Notes: generated by a model from the letters alone, not told the origin. DNA of 42,245 nucleotides from Octopus bimaculoides (GCF_001194135.2 NC_068987.1:83838303-83880547), one strand, 5' to 3'. Counted from the stretch's first letter, positions 1-10,591 are shown. Program-made: numbers and translations.

Positions 1-373
1 ATATATATATATATATATAACTATATATATCAACAGGTATATTTTATCAATTTATCGTTGTTATTATGAGATTGTTGGTATTCACATTGCAGAGAGGCGT
101 GTTAGGCAAAATCTTTAGAATCGATATATACTTCACATATTTTCTTTCGTGTTTGATTACATCTTAGATTCAAGGTGTTATTACTGGATTACAGATTGCT
201 TGAGTTTCCCCTTTAGTCTGTTGGCATATAAGAAAATGCCTATCCAAAAACTCTGTGATTCTATGATACTACGGAAATAATTATCATAAGAAAGCAGATT
301 CTTTTAGTTTGTAAGCATATTTCCGTATATCTTGTATATCTGTTTCATTATCAAAATCATCTTCAGTTTGCCG

Positions 374-443
<70 letters not shown>

Positions 444-571
444 GCAATATATTTATCTGTATATATATACACACACATACATGAACAAACACACACACAT
501 ACATACAGGCATACATACATACATACATACATACATACATACATACATACATACATACATACATACATACA
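374..571. repeat. (TATC)n followed by (CA)/(TACA)n microsatellites
   Basis: Direct reading: a pure TATC run at ~374-441 and a TACA run at ~510-570. Confidence 0.95.
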
Positions 572-1376
572 CAGACGAGTAACGAAACAAACGAAAGTGG
601 CACAACATACATTTTTAATAACCACACTCTGCTATTAGAATCTGATGATGTGTGCGTGTTGTACAGCCCCACGAAGCTTTAAATTATGCGGACGTGAGAT
701 AAACTATTGCTAACCGATATTGTAAGCAGTTTCTGTGTGTGCTTGTGTGTATGTATATGTATATATATATATATATATNNNNNNNNNNNNNNNNNNNNNN
801 NNNNNNNNNNNNNNNNNNNNNNNNNNNNNNNNNNNNNNNNNNNNNNNNNNNNNNNNNNNNNNNNNNNNNNNNNNNNNNNNNNNNNNNNNNNNNNNNNNNN
901 NNNNNNNNNNNNNNNNNNNNNNNNNNNNNNNNNNNNNNNNNNNNNNNNNNNNNNNNNNNNNNNNNNNNNNNNNNNNNNNNNNNNNNNNNNNNNNNNNNNN
1001 NNNNNNNNNNNNNNNNNNNNNNNNNNNNNNNNNNNNNNNNNNNNNNNNNNNNNNNNNNNNNNNNNNNNNNNNNNNNNNNNNNNNNNNNNNNNNNNNNNNN
1101 NNNNNNNNNNNNNNNNNNNNNNNNNNNNNNNNNNNNNNNNNNNNNNNNNNNNNNNNNNNNNNNNNNNNNNNNNNNNNNNNNNNNNNNNNNNNNNNNNNNN
1201 NNNNNNNNNNNNNNNNNNNNNNNNNNNNNNNNNNNNNNNNNNNNNNNNNNNNNNNNNNNNTATATATAAGCGCAGTCATGGCTGTGTGGTAAGAAGCTCG
1301 CTTCTTGTGAACCAGAGTGGACATGAGTTTGTTGCGCTCCGTTTCTTGAAAGTAAAAAGAACAAAGACGGAGAAGG

Positions 1377-1516
1377 TCTACCAAATCCACTCAGAAGGCT
1401 TTGGTCGGCCCGAAGCTATAGTTGAAGACACTTGCCCAAGGTGCCACGCAGTTGGACAGAACCCGGGACCATGTGGTTCGTAAGCAAGCTACTCACCACA
1501 CAGCCACTCCTACGTC
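1377..1516 (-). mobile_element. tRNA-headed SINE family A, head plus core
   Basis: Reverse complement matches the window's family-A consensus (ggctgtgtggt..agtagcttgctta..ccacatggttccgggttc..cactgcgtggcaccttgggcaagtgtctt..tatagc.tcgggccgaccaaagcctt.tgagtggatttggtaga), seen in about 10 copies here. Confidence 0.9.
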
Positions 1517-2081
1517 TATATTTCCCAGACACACAATACTGAAGCACCTGGTAACACAGGAATGTATGTCTAGAAAAGTGTACAATAAGGATTTTGGAGA
1601 ACGAAGAGAAAAAAATAAAAACACCATCTATAGCACATGTTATCGTGATATCACTAGAGCTATTGCTGTGTTGATATAGATGTAGACATCGATACAATTA
1701 CAGGATATAAATACTACTTTAAAATCTACTAATACACTAAAATAGCTACAGATACGATTGAGATAAATGTATTATGATAAAGTAATGCAACTATCAAAAG
1801 AATGTGTAGTCGTATAAGTAGCATTGATTCTAATAATGATAATGTGATTCAATTACGTTATATTGTGGTACAAATATAATGTCATGTGACCTGTTTGCTG
1901 CAGGATTAATTTTTGCAATCTTAATTAATGGGTTTGATTTATCTGGATAGCAATGGCAACAAACATGAGAAGAAATGTCTAAAGTTTTTGCGACAAACAC
2001 GTAATAATATTAATAAAAATAATAGTAGTGATATTTATATTAAAGACGATTTCTTTTATTTTGCCACAAGGGCCCTTTCAT

Positions 2082-2116
<35 letters not shown>

Positions 2117-2243
2117 ACTATGTAATGTGAAGAGACAAAAGACCTGGTAATTCAATCCGCAAACAGGACTCCGATTAGAGATAGATTTAAAGGACAAATG
2201 TACACGATACAATAAAAACATATAAATACACAGACATTGTTAT

Positions 2244-2431
2244 GAATCTGACAGCCATTTCGAGAAGATATAGGTTGGTATGGGCGAGTTAATTCCCAAA
2301 ACTTTAAGATTTAAACAACTCTTTTATAAATCCTTTAGATTAACTCTGGTGAGAGAAATATAGCTGATTGTTATGGCTGGAATTATCTCGCCCATACCAA
2401 ACTATAGCTTCTCGAAACGGCCGTCAGACTC
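2244..2431. mobile_element. MITE-like foldback element with ~50-bp terminal inverted repeats
   Basis: 2247-2296 versus the reverse complement of 2379-2428: 50 nt with 5 mismatches, around an 82-nt AT-rich spacer. No ORF and no clear TSD. Confidence 0.75.
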
Positions 2432-3064
2432 TGCATCTGCTCAAGACTCCATTTAAAATCATTTTATACCAGCTTTCTCATCTATTTGGATTACCGTTAT
2501 ACATTCATCATCCGCATATTTTAATATCCTCGTAGATTTTAATACGGACATACAACCTCGCATGTACATTTCTGTATTTTCATATATTTATATATTTATA
2601 AATTTTTATATTATATCTTGTGTATATGAATGCACCTATGTATGGTGTAGAGGATTCGGACGCTTTGAAAGAGATATATTCAGTGAATATGAACACTGGA
2701 ATTTGAAATTTGTTCTCTCTTTCTTGGTTTTATATTCCTGTGGTCCTAGAAGAGCGCTAATTACTCGTCCTGTATAAGGGGATAATTATTCCATTTATTT
2801 CCTCATTATATATATATATATGTATGTATGTTATCAATCAGTTTCATTTCTGTATTTCTTGTCCATAGAGAAAGAGCCGGACTCTAACATAGATTCAAGG
2901 CTCCTTCATTGGAACTTTTATCAACATCATCTAGGTATTTGTGCATATGTGTGTGTGTGCAGTAGTTGGTGTTAGTGTATGCGCAGATTTGTATGTTTGT
3001 TTTGTGGATGCGTTTTTATGTCTAGATGCATGCATATGTATGTATGTATGTATTTGTGTGTCGG

Positions 3065-3262
3065 TGTTTGTCATCCTACCATCGCTTGACAACCGATGTT
3101 GGTATGTTTACGTCCCCGAAACTTGACCGTTCGGCAAAAGAGAGCAACACGATAAGTACTAGGCTTACAAGTAATAAGTCCTGCGGTTGATTTGTTCGAC
3201 TAATGGTCGTGCTCCAACATGGCCGCAGTCAAAATGACTGAAAGAACTAAAAGAATAAAAGA
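3065..3262 (+). mobile_element. SINE family A, 3' half
   Basis: atcgcttgacaaccgatg.tgg..tgtttacgtcccc...cggcaaaagag...ataagtactaggcttac...gctccaacatggccgcagtcaaaatgactgaaa matches the 3' halves of the full copies at 5733-6146 and 33796-34210. Confidence 0.9.
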
Positions 3263-3312
3263 AAAGAATATACAAACACACACACACACACACGCACGCA
3301 CACACACACACA

Positions 3313-3343
<31 letters not shown>

Positions 3344-3346
3344 CTA

Positions 3347-3510
3347 TAGGAATGGCTGTGTTGTAAGTAGCTTGCTTACAGACCACATAGTTCCGGGTTC
3401 AGTCCCATTGCGTGGCACCTTTGGCAAGTGTTTTTTACTATTCTACTATAGCAGCCTCGGGCCGACCAAAGTCTTGTGAGTAGATTTGATAGACGGAAAC
3501 TGAAAGAAGT
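3347..3510 (+). mobile_element. SINE family A, head plus core
   Basis: ggctgtgttgtaagtagcttgcttac...ttccgggttcagtccca...gggccgaccaaagtcttgtgagtagatttgatagacggaaactgaaagaag. Confidence 0.9.
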
Positions 3511-3974
3511 TATATATATATATAAAAGATAATAAGGGTGAAAAAACTACAGAAGGCTTGTGTTACATGGTTAAAGTATATATTTAAATTANNNNNNNNN
3601 NNNNNNNNNNNNNNNNNNNNNNNNNNNNNNNNNNNNNNNNNNNNNNNNNNNNNNNNNNNNNNNNNNNNNNNNNNNNNNNNNNNNNNNNNNNNNNNNNNNN
3701 NNNNNNNNNNNNNNNNNNNNNNNNNNNNNNNNNNNNNNNNNNNNNNNNNNNNNNNNNNNNNNNNNNNNNNNNNNNNNNNNNNNNNNNNNNNNNNNNNNNN
3801 NNNNNNNNNNNNNNNNNNNNNNNNNNNNNNNNNNNNNNNNNNNNNNNNNNNNNNNNNNNNNNNNNNNNNNNNNNNNNNNNNNNNNNNNNNNNNNNNNNNN
3901 NNNNNNNNNNNNNNNNNNNNNNNNNNNTCCTTATTTGTACTTTAGATAGCGTTTAAATTTATAAAAGAAGAAAA

Positions 3975-4435
3975 TGGCGGTGAGCCGGCAGAATCGTTAC
4001 GAGACAAGAAAAATGCTTAGCAGCATTTCATCCGACTGGCGGCGAGCTGGCAGAAACGTTAGCACGCCGGGCGAAATTCTTAGCGGTATTTCGTCTGCTG
4101 CTACGTTCTGAGTTCAAATTCCGCCGAGGTCCACTTTGCCTTTTCATCCTTTCGGGGTCTATTAAATAAGTACCAGTTACGCATTGGGGTCGATATAATC
4201 GACTTAATCCCTTTGTCTGTCCTTGTTTGTCCCTTCTATGTTTAGCCCCCTTGTGGGCAGTAAAGAAATAAGCATTTCATCCGACTTTATGCTTCGAGTT
4301 CAAATTCCACGAAGTCGACTTTGCCTTTCATCCTTTCGGGGTTGATAACATAAATACCACTTGAACACTGGGGTCAGTGTAATGGACTTAACCCTTTCCT
4401 CGAATTTTCTGGCCGCGTGTCGAAATTTGAAATCA
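3975..4435 (+). mobile_element. Older family-B-related SINE (B', alternative tail) split by a younger B copy
   Basis: Degenerate head at 3975-4037 and remainder at 4271-4435 (gagttcaaattcc..gtcgactttgcctttcatcctttcgggg...ggccgcgtgtcgaaatttgaaatc), joined through the duplicated 16-mer agcatttcatccgact. Confidence 0.8.
4038..4270 (+). mobile_element. Full-length tRNA-headed SINE family B with 16-bp TSD
   Basis: ggcggcgagctggcagaaacgttagcacgccgggcgaaa...gttctgagttcaaattccgccgagg...gcagtaaagaaata. agcatttcatccgact occurs at 4022-4037 and 4271-4286. Confidence 0.92.
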
Positions 4436-5732
4436 GTGTGAAAAAAGAAGTAAATAATATTAAAATGAAAACACGTCATTTTGACAACAACAGACTGGAA
4501 ACAATGTTGAATTAAAATGTGAGCTGAAAGTCATTCAAATCCGCGTGCCAGGTTCGATATTCTGTTTAAGTAATCACTCTCACTTTAATTTCATCACTAA
4601 GATTCCCGTAAAAAAAAAAAAACTCTTGAATGTCACAACATAAATTAATAAATTAATAAAAATTCCAAAATAAAAAAATTAAAAGTTTGCTTTATCTAAT
4701 TAAAATTTCAAAATGCGAGTGTATGTTTATAAGCGTAAGACCAACACTGATGCAGACGCCATCTCACACACATACATCGTACACATGTATCCACAAACAC
4801 ACACACACACGCACACATTTATACAGACATATTCAAAAGTAGATGCAGGCTATATATTCTCTCATACATACGCATAGAGTCACGCGCTGGCATTTGCATA
4901 TACGCGTGCGTGAGCACACGCGTGCGGCTTCACTCGAGGGCGTCTGTGTTTATACTGAAAGTGAAATTTGTGACCCCCACCAGATTTGATAGACTCTTTG
5001 TAAACCGAAAAAAAATGGCGGTCATTTTTTTCATAACTTTGTGTAATTGCGAGAAGCGCACGTATAAAGTCTTTGCATCCTTTTCCTTTTTCTTTCCTTT
5101 TTATTTTCTAAAACCACGCCACATTGGCTACCGGGAGCTAAGATGTCTGATGACAGCGGTTTGTCACGTCATTGTTCAATAAAGTAACTATATGCCGTCC
5201 GCCTTTTTTTCACATGATTAAAACCGCGCGTGCGTAGAACGCATTAGGGCACAAGACGATGATCCAGGTTGGGCAACTCTAATTAACCTTCTGAATCCCC
5301 TTGAAGCTAAAATGCTATCAATAGCCACATAGAAGGAATATATATATATATTTTAAATTCTTTCTGCGTCTATAAAACAAACAAAAAAACTTCTTTATTT
5401 TTTATCTTTATATTTATTTATCTATTTATTTATTTATAGGAAATGAGATAAAGGGTTCTAATGCTGACGGATCCAGATTTGATTTTCTCACATATCTTTT
5501 TATCTTTTGTTTTTTACTCGTTTCAGCTGCTAGGGCACCGCCTTCAAGAATTTTTAGTCGAATGACTAAAAATGAAACGACCCCAGAATATTTTTTTAAA
5601 GCCTAGATACATTCGATCGTAAACACACCTACATCGGTTGTGAAGCAGAGGGTGGTGGTGGTGATGGTGGTGGTGGGGAGGATAAATACAGACACAGACA
5701 TATTCATGGGTTTGATATATATAAATATATAC

Positions 5733-6146
5733 AGGTGCAGGCGTGGCTGTGTGTAATGACGCTAGCTTTCCAACCACATGATTCCGGGTTCAGTCCCTCT
5801 GCGTAGCACTTTAGGAAAGTGTCATCTACTATAGCCTCGGGTCGACCAAAGCCTTGTGAGTGGATTTGGTAGATGGAAACTTAAAGAATCCCGACGTATA
5901 TACATATGTATGAATATGTATATGTATATATTTATGTGTCTGTATTTTCCCCCGCCATGGCTTGATAACCGATGCTGGTGTGCTTATGCTCCCGTAACTT
6001 AGCGGTTCGGAAAATGATAACGATACAATAAGTACTAGGCTTACGAAAAATAAGTCCTGGAGTCGATATCTTCGATTAAGAGCCTATCAAGGGCGGTGCT
6101 TCAGCATTGCAGCAGTCAAATGACAGAAACGTGTAAAAGAATAAAG
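5733..6146 (+). mobile_element. Full-length SINE family A
   Basis: Head, core, internal TA-rich microsatellite and 3' half are all present. Confidence 0.9.
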
Positions 6147-6166
6147 ACTGAAAGAAGCCGTATATA

Positions 6167-6680
6167 CAGGGGTGTCTACAAAGTCTAGGTACATGGGGAT
6201 TAACACATACTTTAAGGAATTATTATTTCTTATACTCTTTTACTTGTTTCAGTCATTTAACTGCGGAGCACTGCCTTTAGTCGAGCAAATCGACCCCAGG
6301 ACTTATTCTTTGTAAGCCAAGTACTTATTCTATTTCTCTTTTTGCCGAACCGCTAAGTTACGGTGACGTAGACACACCAGCATCGGTTATCAAGCGACGT
6401 TGGGAAGACAAACACAGACACACAAACATATACACACATATACATATATATATACATATACACGACGAGCTTCTTTCAGTTTCCGTCTACCAAATCCACT
6501 CACAAGGCTTTGGTCGGCCCGAGGCTATAGTAGAAGACACTTGCCCAAGGTGCCACGCAGTGGGACTGAACCCAGAACTATGTGGTTGGTAAGCAGGCTA
6601 TTTACCACCCACCCACTCCTGCGCCTTGTTTATGTTATGATTTTATTTACTCCGTGTACCCAGAGTTTGTGGACACCCTG
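6167..6680. mobile_element. Tc1/mariner-type MITE (~30-bp TIRs) interrupted by a SINE A
   Basis: Left end TA|caggggtgtctacaaagtctaggtacatggg (6167-). The reverse complement of the right end reads cagggtgtccacaaactctgggtacacgga (to 6680). A CAGGG end after TA is typical of Tc1/mariner TIRs. Confidence 0.75.
6236..6626 (-). mobile_element. Full-length SINE family A
   Basis: Well-conserved reverse-complement copy with an internal (CA)/(TA) tract. Confidence 0.92.
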
Positions 6681-7039
6681 CATATATATANNNNNNNNNN
6701 NNNNNNNNNNNNNNNNNNNNNNNNNNNNNNNNNNNNNNNNNNNNNNNNNNNNNNNNNNNNNNNNNNNNNNNNNNNNNNNNNNNNNNNNNNNNNNNNNNNN
6801 NNNNNNNNNNNNNNNNNNNNNNNNNNNNNNNNNNNNNNNNNNNNNNNNNNNNNNNNNNNNNNNNNNNNNNNNNNNNNNNNNNNNNNNNNNNNNNNNNNNN
6901 NNNNNNNNNNNNNNNNNNNNNNNNNNNNNNNNNNNNNNNNNNNNNNNNNNNNNNNNNNNNNNNNNNNNNNNNTATATATAAGCAATGTTAATTCTCTAAA
7001 TGAGGTATTAACAATAACTGCACGATAAAGTGAAGTATA

Positions 7040-7280
7040 TTGCCACTTAAATGTGGCTGACCCCTAGGGGTGGATGTTACTGTTGCTTTTAGCCCCAGGA
7101 GGACATCTCCTCCAGCTGGCTTATCGACACACTTCTGTGTCCTGTTTGTTTTGCCAAGGGAAGTTATCCCTCTCATCGTGATCTGTAGCACGAACGGACC
7201 CGAGTTTCAGGGTTATTTCCCTTCGTCAGCGTCCGATAGCCACCGATCTGCGATGAGAAAGACAATTCTTGGCAAACCTT
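7040..7280 (-). mobile_element. Highly structured non-coding element carrying a hammerhead ribozyme (retrozyme-like or Penelope-derived candidate)
   Basis: GC-richer block with hairpins gccac/gtggc (7042-7057), palindrome cccctagggg (7061-7070), ggagga/tcctcc (7098-7113), gacaca/tgtgtc (7126-7141), and nested inverted repeats 7150-7158/7268-7276 and 7171-7178/7251-7258 enclosing the ribozyme. Boundaries are approximate and the class is inferred. Confidence 0.55.
7185..7243 (-). ncRNA. Type I hammerhead ribozyme
   Basis: Minus strand: GUGGC-UAU-CGGACG-CUGACGA-AGGG-AAAUAA-CCCU-GAAA-CUCGG-GUC|CGUUCG-U-GCUAC. Complete CUGANGA/GAAA/UH core, 4-bp helix II, 6-bp helix Ia plus internal loop plus 5-bp helix Ib, and a self-complementary ACUCGGGU helix III. 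Confidence 0.85.
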
Positions 7281-7299
7281 ATATCTGTTCTTCAGTTTC

Positions 7300-7445
7300 T
7301 ATCTGCTAAATCCAGTCAGAAAACTTTGGTCGGCCCGATGCAATAGCAAAAGGTAATTTCCCAAAGTGACAGGCAGTGGGATTAAATCGGGAGATTGTGG
7401 TTGATGGGGAGCCAGCAGCTTACCACAAAGCCACGCCGATGCCTA
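7300..7445 (-). mobile_element. Degenerate SINE family A head/core
   Basis: ctttggtcggcccg...gcagtggga...cttaccacaaagccacgcc. Confidence 0.75.
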
Positions 7446-7695
7446 TGAGTAAGGGCTGGAATACTAACCTTGGATTTTAGACTTTGTTTCTTGGTCTTTC
7501 ATTTATTGGAGTGTTTTATTTGTTTCATTGTATTATTTATTTATTTTCGAACTTCACTTCTTACAGGTTGTCTCAACTTAAATAGTGTCTCGTGAATTAC
7601 TATGGTGTTAATGATGAAGATAATATCGAGTTTTAACATAAGTACGGGAGGTATTGTTTAGTTAACCGATCCAGTTATCAGCTGATTCTTTGAGG

Positions 7696-7823
7696 GGGCG
7701 AGCTGGCAGAAACGTTAGCACGGCGGGCGAAATGTTTAGCGGTATTTCGTCTGCCGCTACGTTCTGAGTTCAAAGGAAAGATCTGTTCAAAAGGAAAAAT
7801 CTGTTCAAAAGGAAAGATCTGTT
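7696..7823 (+). mobile_element. SINE family B head followed by ~3 copies of an 18-nt tandem unit
   Basis: ggcgagctggcagaaacgttagcac...gttctgagttcaaa, then ggaaagatctgttcaaaa / ggaaaaatctgttcaaaa / ggaaagatctgtt. Confidence 0.85.
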
Positions 7824-7859
7824 GGGGACAGAAGGGGGATGGTTGAGATCCAAGAGTGC

Positions 7860-8500
7860 TTTAGTCTCTGATAACCTGTGACAAAATCTTGATCTACTGT
7901 TGTGGTCCAGTGACCGAGACAGAGCGTCCGATGGAGTGATCCTAGTTCCCCTACAAGCTGGGAAAAGCAAGTCCCCTGGGCAGATCATGATGATTCCCTG
8001 TTTTCGAAGCAAGGGCATCATCTGCCTCCGCTGGGTTTCCCTTGACCAGACTTTCTAGAGGTTTAGAGGGAGTTCAAGAAAAGATGTCACTGCTACAGAC
8101 CCGATATCTTCGAATCGGGTCGGTGGCACCTGCAACTGGACAATGCACCAGTCCACAATTCCATCCTCGTAGCCAGCTACTTGACAGAGATGGGAATCAA
8201 AGCAGTTCCTCACTCCCACCTTCAGACAAGACCTTAGTACGTGTAACATCTTGTTGTTCCCCAAGCTGAAGAACCTTAGGGGCAGTCGCTTTGAACACAC
8301 TGAGAAAAATGTACGCGGTTGTGGAAAAGGCCCTAGACACCTTCAATATGGAGGACATCCATGGAGACTGTATGAAGTGACTGGAGCACTACAATTAGGG
8401 CATTGAAGACAGAGAACCTTAGTTTGAAGAAGATTAGAGTTCTTTACTTATTTGAAATTAATAAATGTCTGAAAAACTCTCGCAACCTCTGGAATGGACT
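7860..8500 (+). pseudogene. Decayed mariner (DD34D) transposase, catalytic and C-terminal part
   Basis: Frame-shifted translation gives LITCDKILIYC (first D), IMMIPCFRSKGII..RWVS, RPDIFESGRWHLQLDNAPVHNSILVASYLTEMGIKAVPH (second D), LLFPKLK.LRGSRFE and LEHYN*GIE. These match mariner GDESW, HDNAPVH and YSPDLAPCDF.LFPKLK. Confidence 0.9.
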
Positions 8501-9610
8501 TTGCTTAATATACCCTTTCTTAATTAAAGACGTTAAGATACGATTTGAAGGAGATTCGGCTGTTATTTCTAGTTGTTATGTTTACAGACTGTAATCATAG
8601 AAATCCTATTACAGACTCGAGTGCACTGTTTGATTTGCTTATAGCCAATATCGCTGATGTTGTTATTGTTTAATATTGCAAGCTGGTAGACGTGCAATTA
8701 CAGCACCGCTTTTATTTGGATTATCATTGTTGAATCCACTCGTAAAGCAGAATCGAAACTTCAGTATAACCTTACATACACGAACACTTACGCTTAACCC
8801 ATATAAATATGCTTGCACATACATACTTGCATAATACATACATACATACATACACACAAACATACATACATACATACATACATAAATACATAAATACATA
8901 CGTACGTACGTACCTACATATATATGTCTCTGTATATGCTTTTCCCCATACATGCACGTGCATGGATATCTGCATATACGTAGAACATGCAATTATATGT
9001 GCGCATAACTCTGATTATGAGAAGGGAGGTGTTCGTGTGTGTGTGTGTGTGTGTGTGTGTCTGTGTTTATGTATATGTGTGTGTATGTGTGTGTGTGTGT
9101 GTGTGTATGTGTGTGCATATATCTGTGTTTCGACAATAATTTGAACGTAATTAGCAGGTGATTAAGCAATAGCGTATTTTGTAATTGAAGCTGAACAACA
9201 GTGCATAATGATAACCTATATATCGCATGATATGCAAAATTAACTGTTGTAAAACAAATGCCTGCTTTGTGTATTTGCTTTACTGCAAATACTCAAACAA
9301 GAACGACAGAAATATTGGTCAGCCTTCCCAGATAATAGAAGTGCTGGCGTTAGTAACAATGCATGTGGTTAATAGTTGTTATGGTGATGATAACTAATCA
9401 TATGTACTGTTGGCGTTGGTAGGTCGTGGTAATGACGGAGGAATGGGTGACGGTAATGGAAATAATTTTAATGATTATTATATACTATATTGCTAAGTGG
9501 TATCATTTTCGTATAATACAGAAATGGAGCTGAAAGCTAAAATATTCATGTATACAATTGTATGCAGGTACCTACAAAGAAAACATCCATAAAACAAAAA
9601 TAAAAAAAAT

Positions 9611-9850
9611 CCTTCCCGAGCCATAGAAAGCAGGTTTCCTCGGATTCTGTGGCGTATATGTTCGCCCCATCACTCTCAGGACTGGACGCGATGGTGGTCA
9701 GTCACAGGATTATTTCTTTTTGCCAGCTGAGTAGACTGGAGCAATGTGAAATGAAGTGTCTTGCTCAAGAACCCAACGTGTTGCCTGGTTCAGGAATTGA
9801 AACCACAATCTTACGATCATGAGTCCTTCACCTTAACCACTAAACCACAT
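9611..9850 (-). mobile_element. tRNA-headed SINE, fourth family (D)
   Basis: Reverse complement: gtggtttagtggttaagg (A-box-like) ... gtggtttcaattcc (B-box-like) ... ttcttgagcaagacacttcatttcacattgctccagtctactcagctggc. Single copy in the window. Confidence 0.7.
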
Positions 9851-10252
9851 ACCACCAATTATTCATCCACCCATGCATATATACACACACAGACACACAC
9901 ACATACACGTGGGCTATTACCNNNNNNNNNNNNNNNNNNNNNNNNNNNNNNNNNNNNNNNNNNNNNNNNNNNNNNNNNNNNNNNNNNNNNNNNNNNNNNN
10001 NNNNNNNNNNNNNNNNNNNNNNNNNNNNNNNNNNNNNNNNNNNNNNNNNNNNNNNNNNNNNNNNNNNNNNNCAAAAGCATTGTACTACACTTTGACAATT
10101 TTTGATATCTTAGCATCTGAAGCAACTGCAAATACATTAGTTTGACCAAAAGAAATAGCTATTGCAAGCAAAAATAAATATTGAAAAATAAAACGCATTT
10201 GACCAAATTTGAACATATGACAGTTTAACATAATAGCAACGATATGTATATG

Positions 10253-10299
<47 letters not shown>

Positions 10300-10411
10300 T
10301 AATATTTGTTTTGAAACTGAGTTATAATAAGCACAATTTAAGATCAAACTGAAGAATTTCGAAATATTTTTATCTTCTTTTTTTTTTAATTACAGATTTT
10401 AAACTATCAAA

Positions 10412-10560
10412 TTCTTCTTCTTCTTCTTCTTCTTCTTCTTCTTCTTCTTCTTCTTCTTCTTCTTCTTCTTCTTCTTCTTCTTCTTCTTCTTCTTCTTCTT
10501 CTTCTTCTTCTTCTTCTTCTTCTTCTTCTTCTTCTTCTTCTTCTTCTTCTTCTTCTTCTT

Positions 10561-10591
<31 letters not shown>

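Noticed and set aside
342-366. Hammerhead-like CUGAAGA...GAAAC on the minus strand (similar words near 10350, 21170-21190 and 39420-39438)
   Set aside because: No helix II can form between the motifs and helices I and III do not pair. These are chance matches.
7767-7823. CRISPR-like short repeats
   Set aside because: The units are directly tandem with no spacers, the context is eukaryotic, and there are no cas genes.
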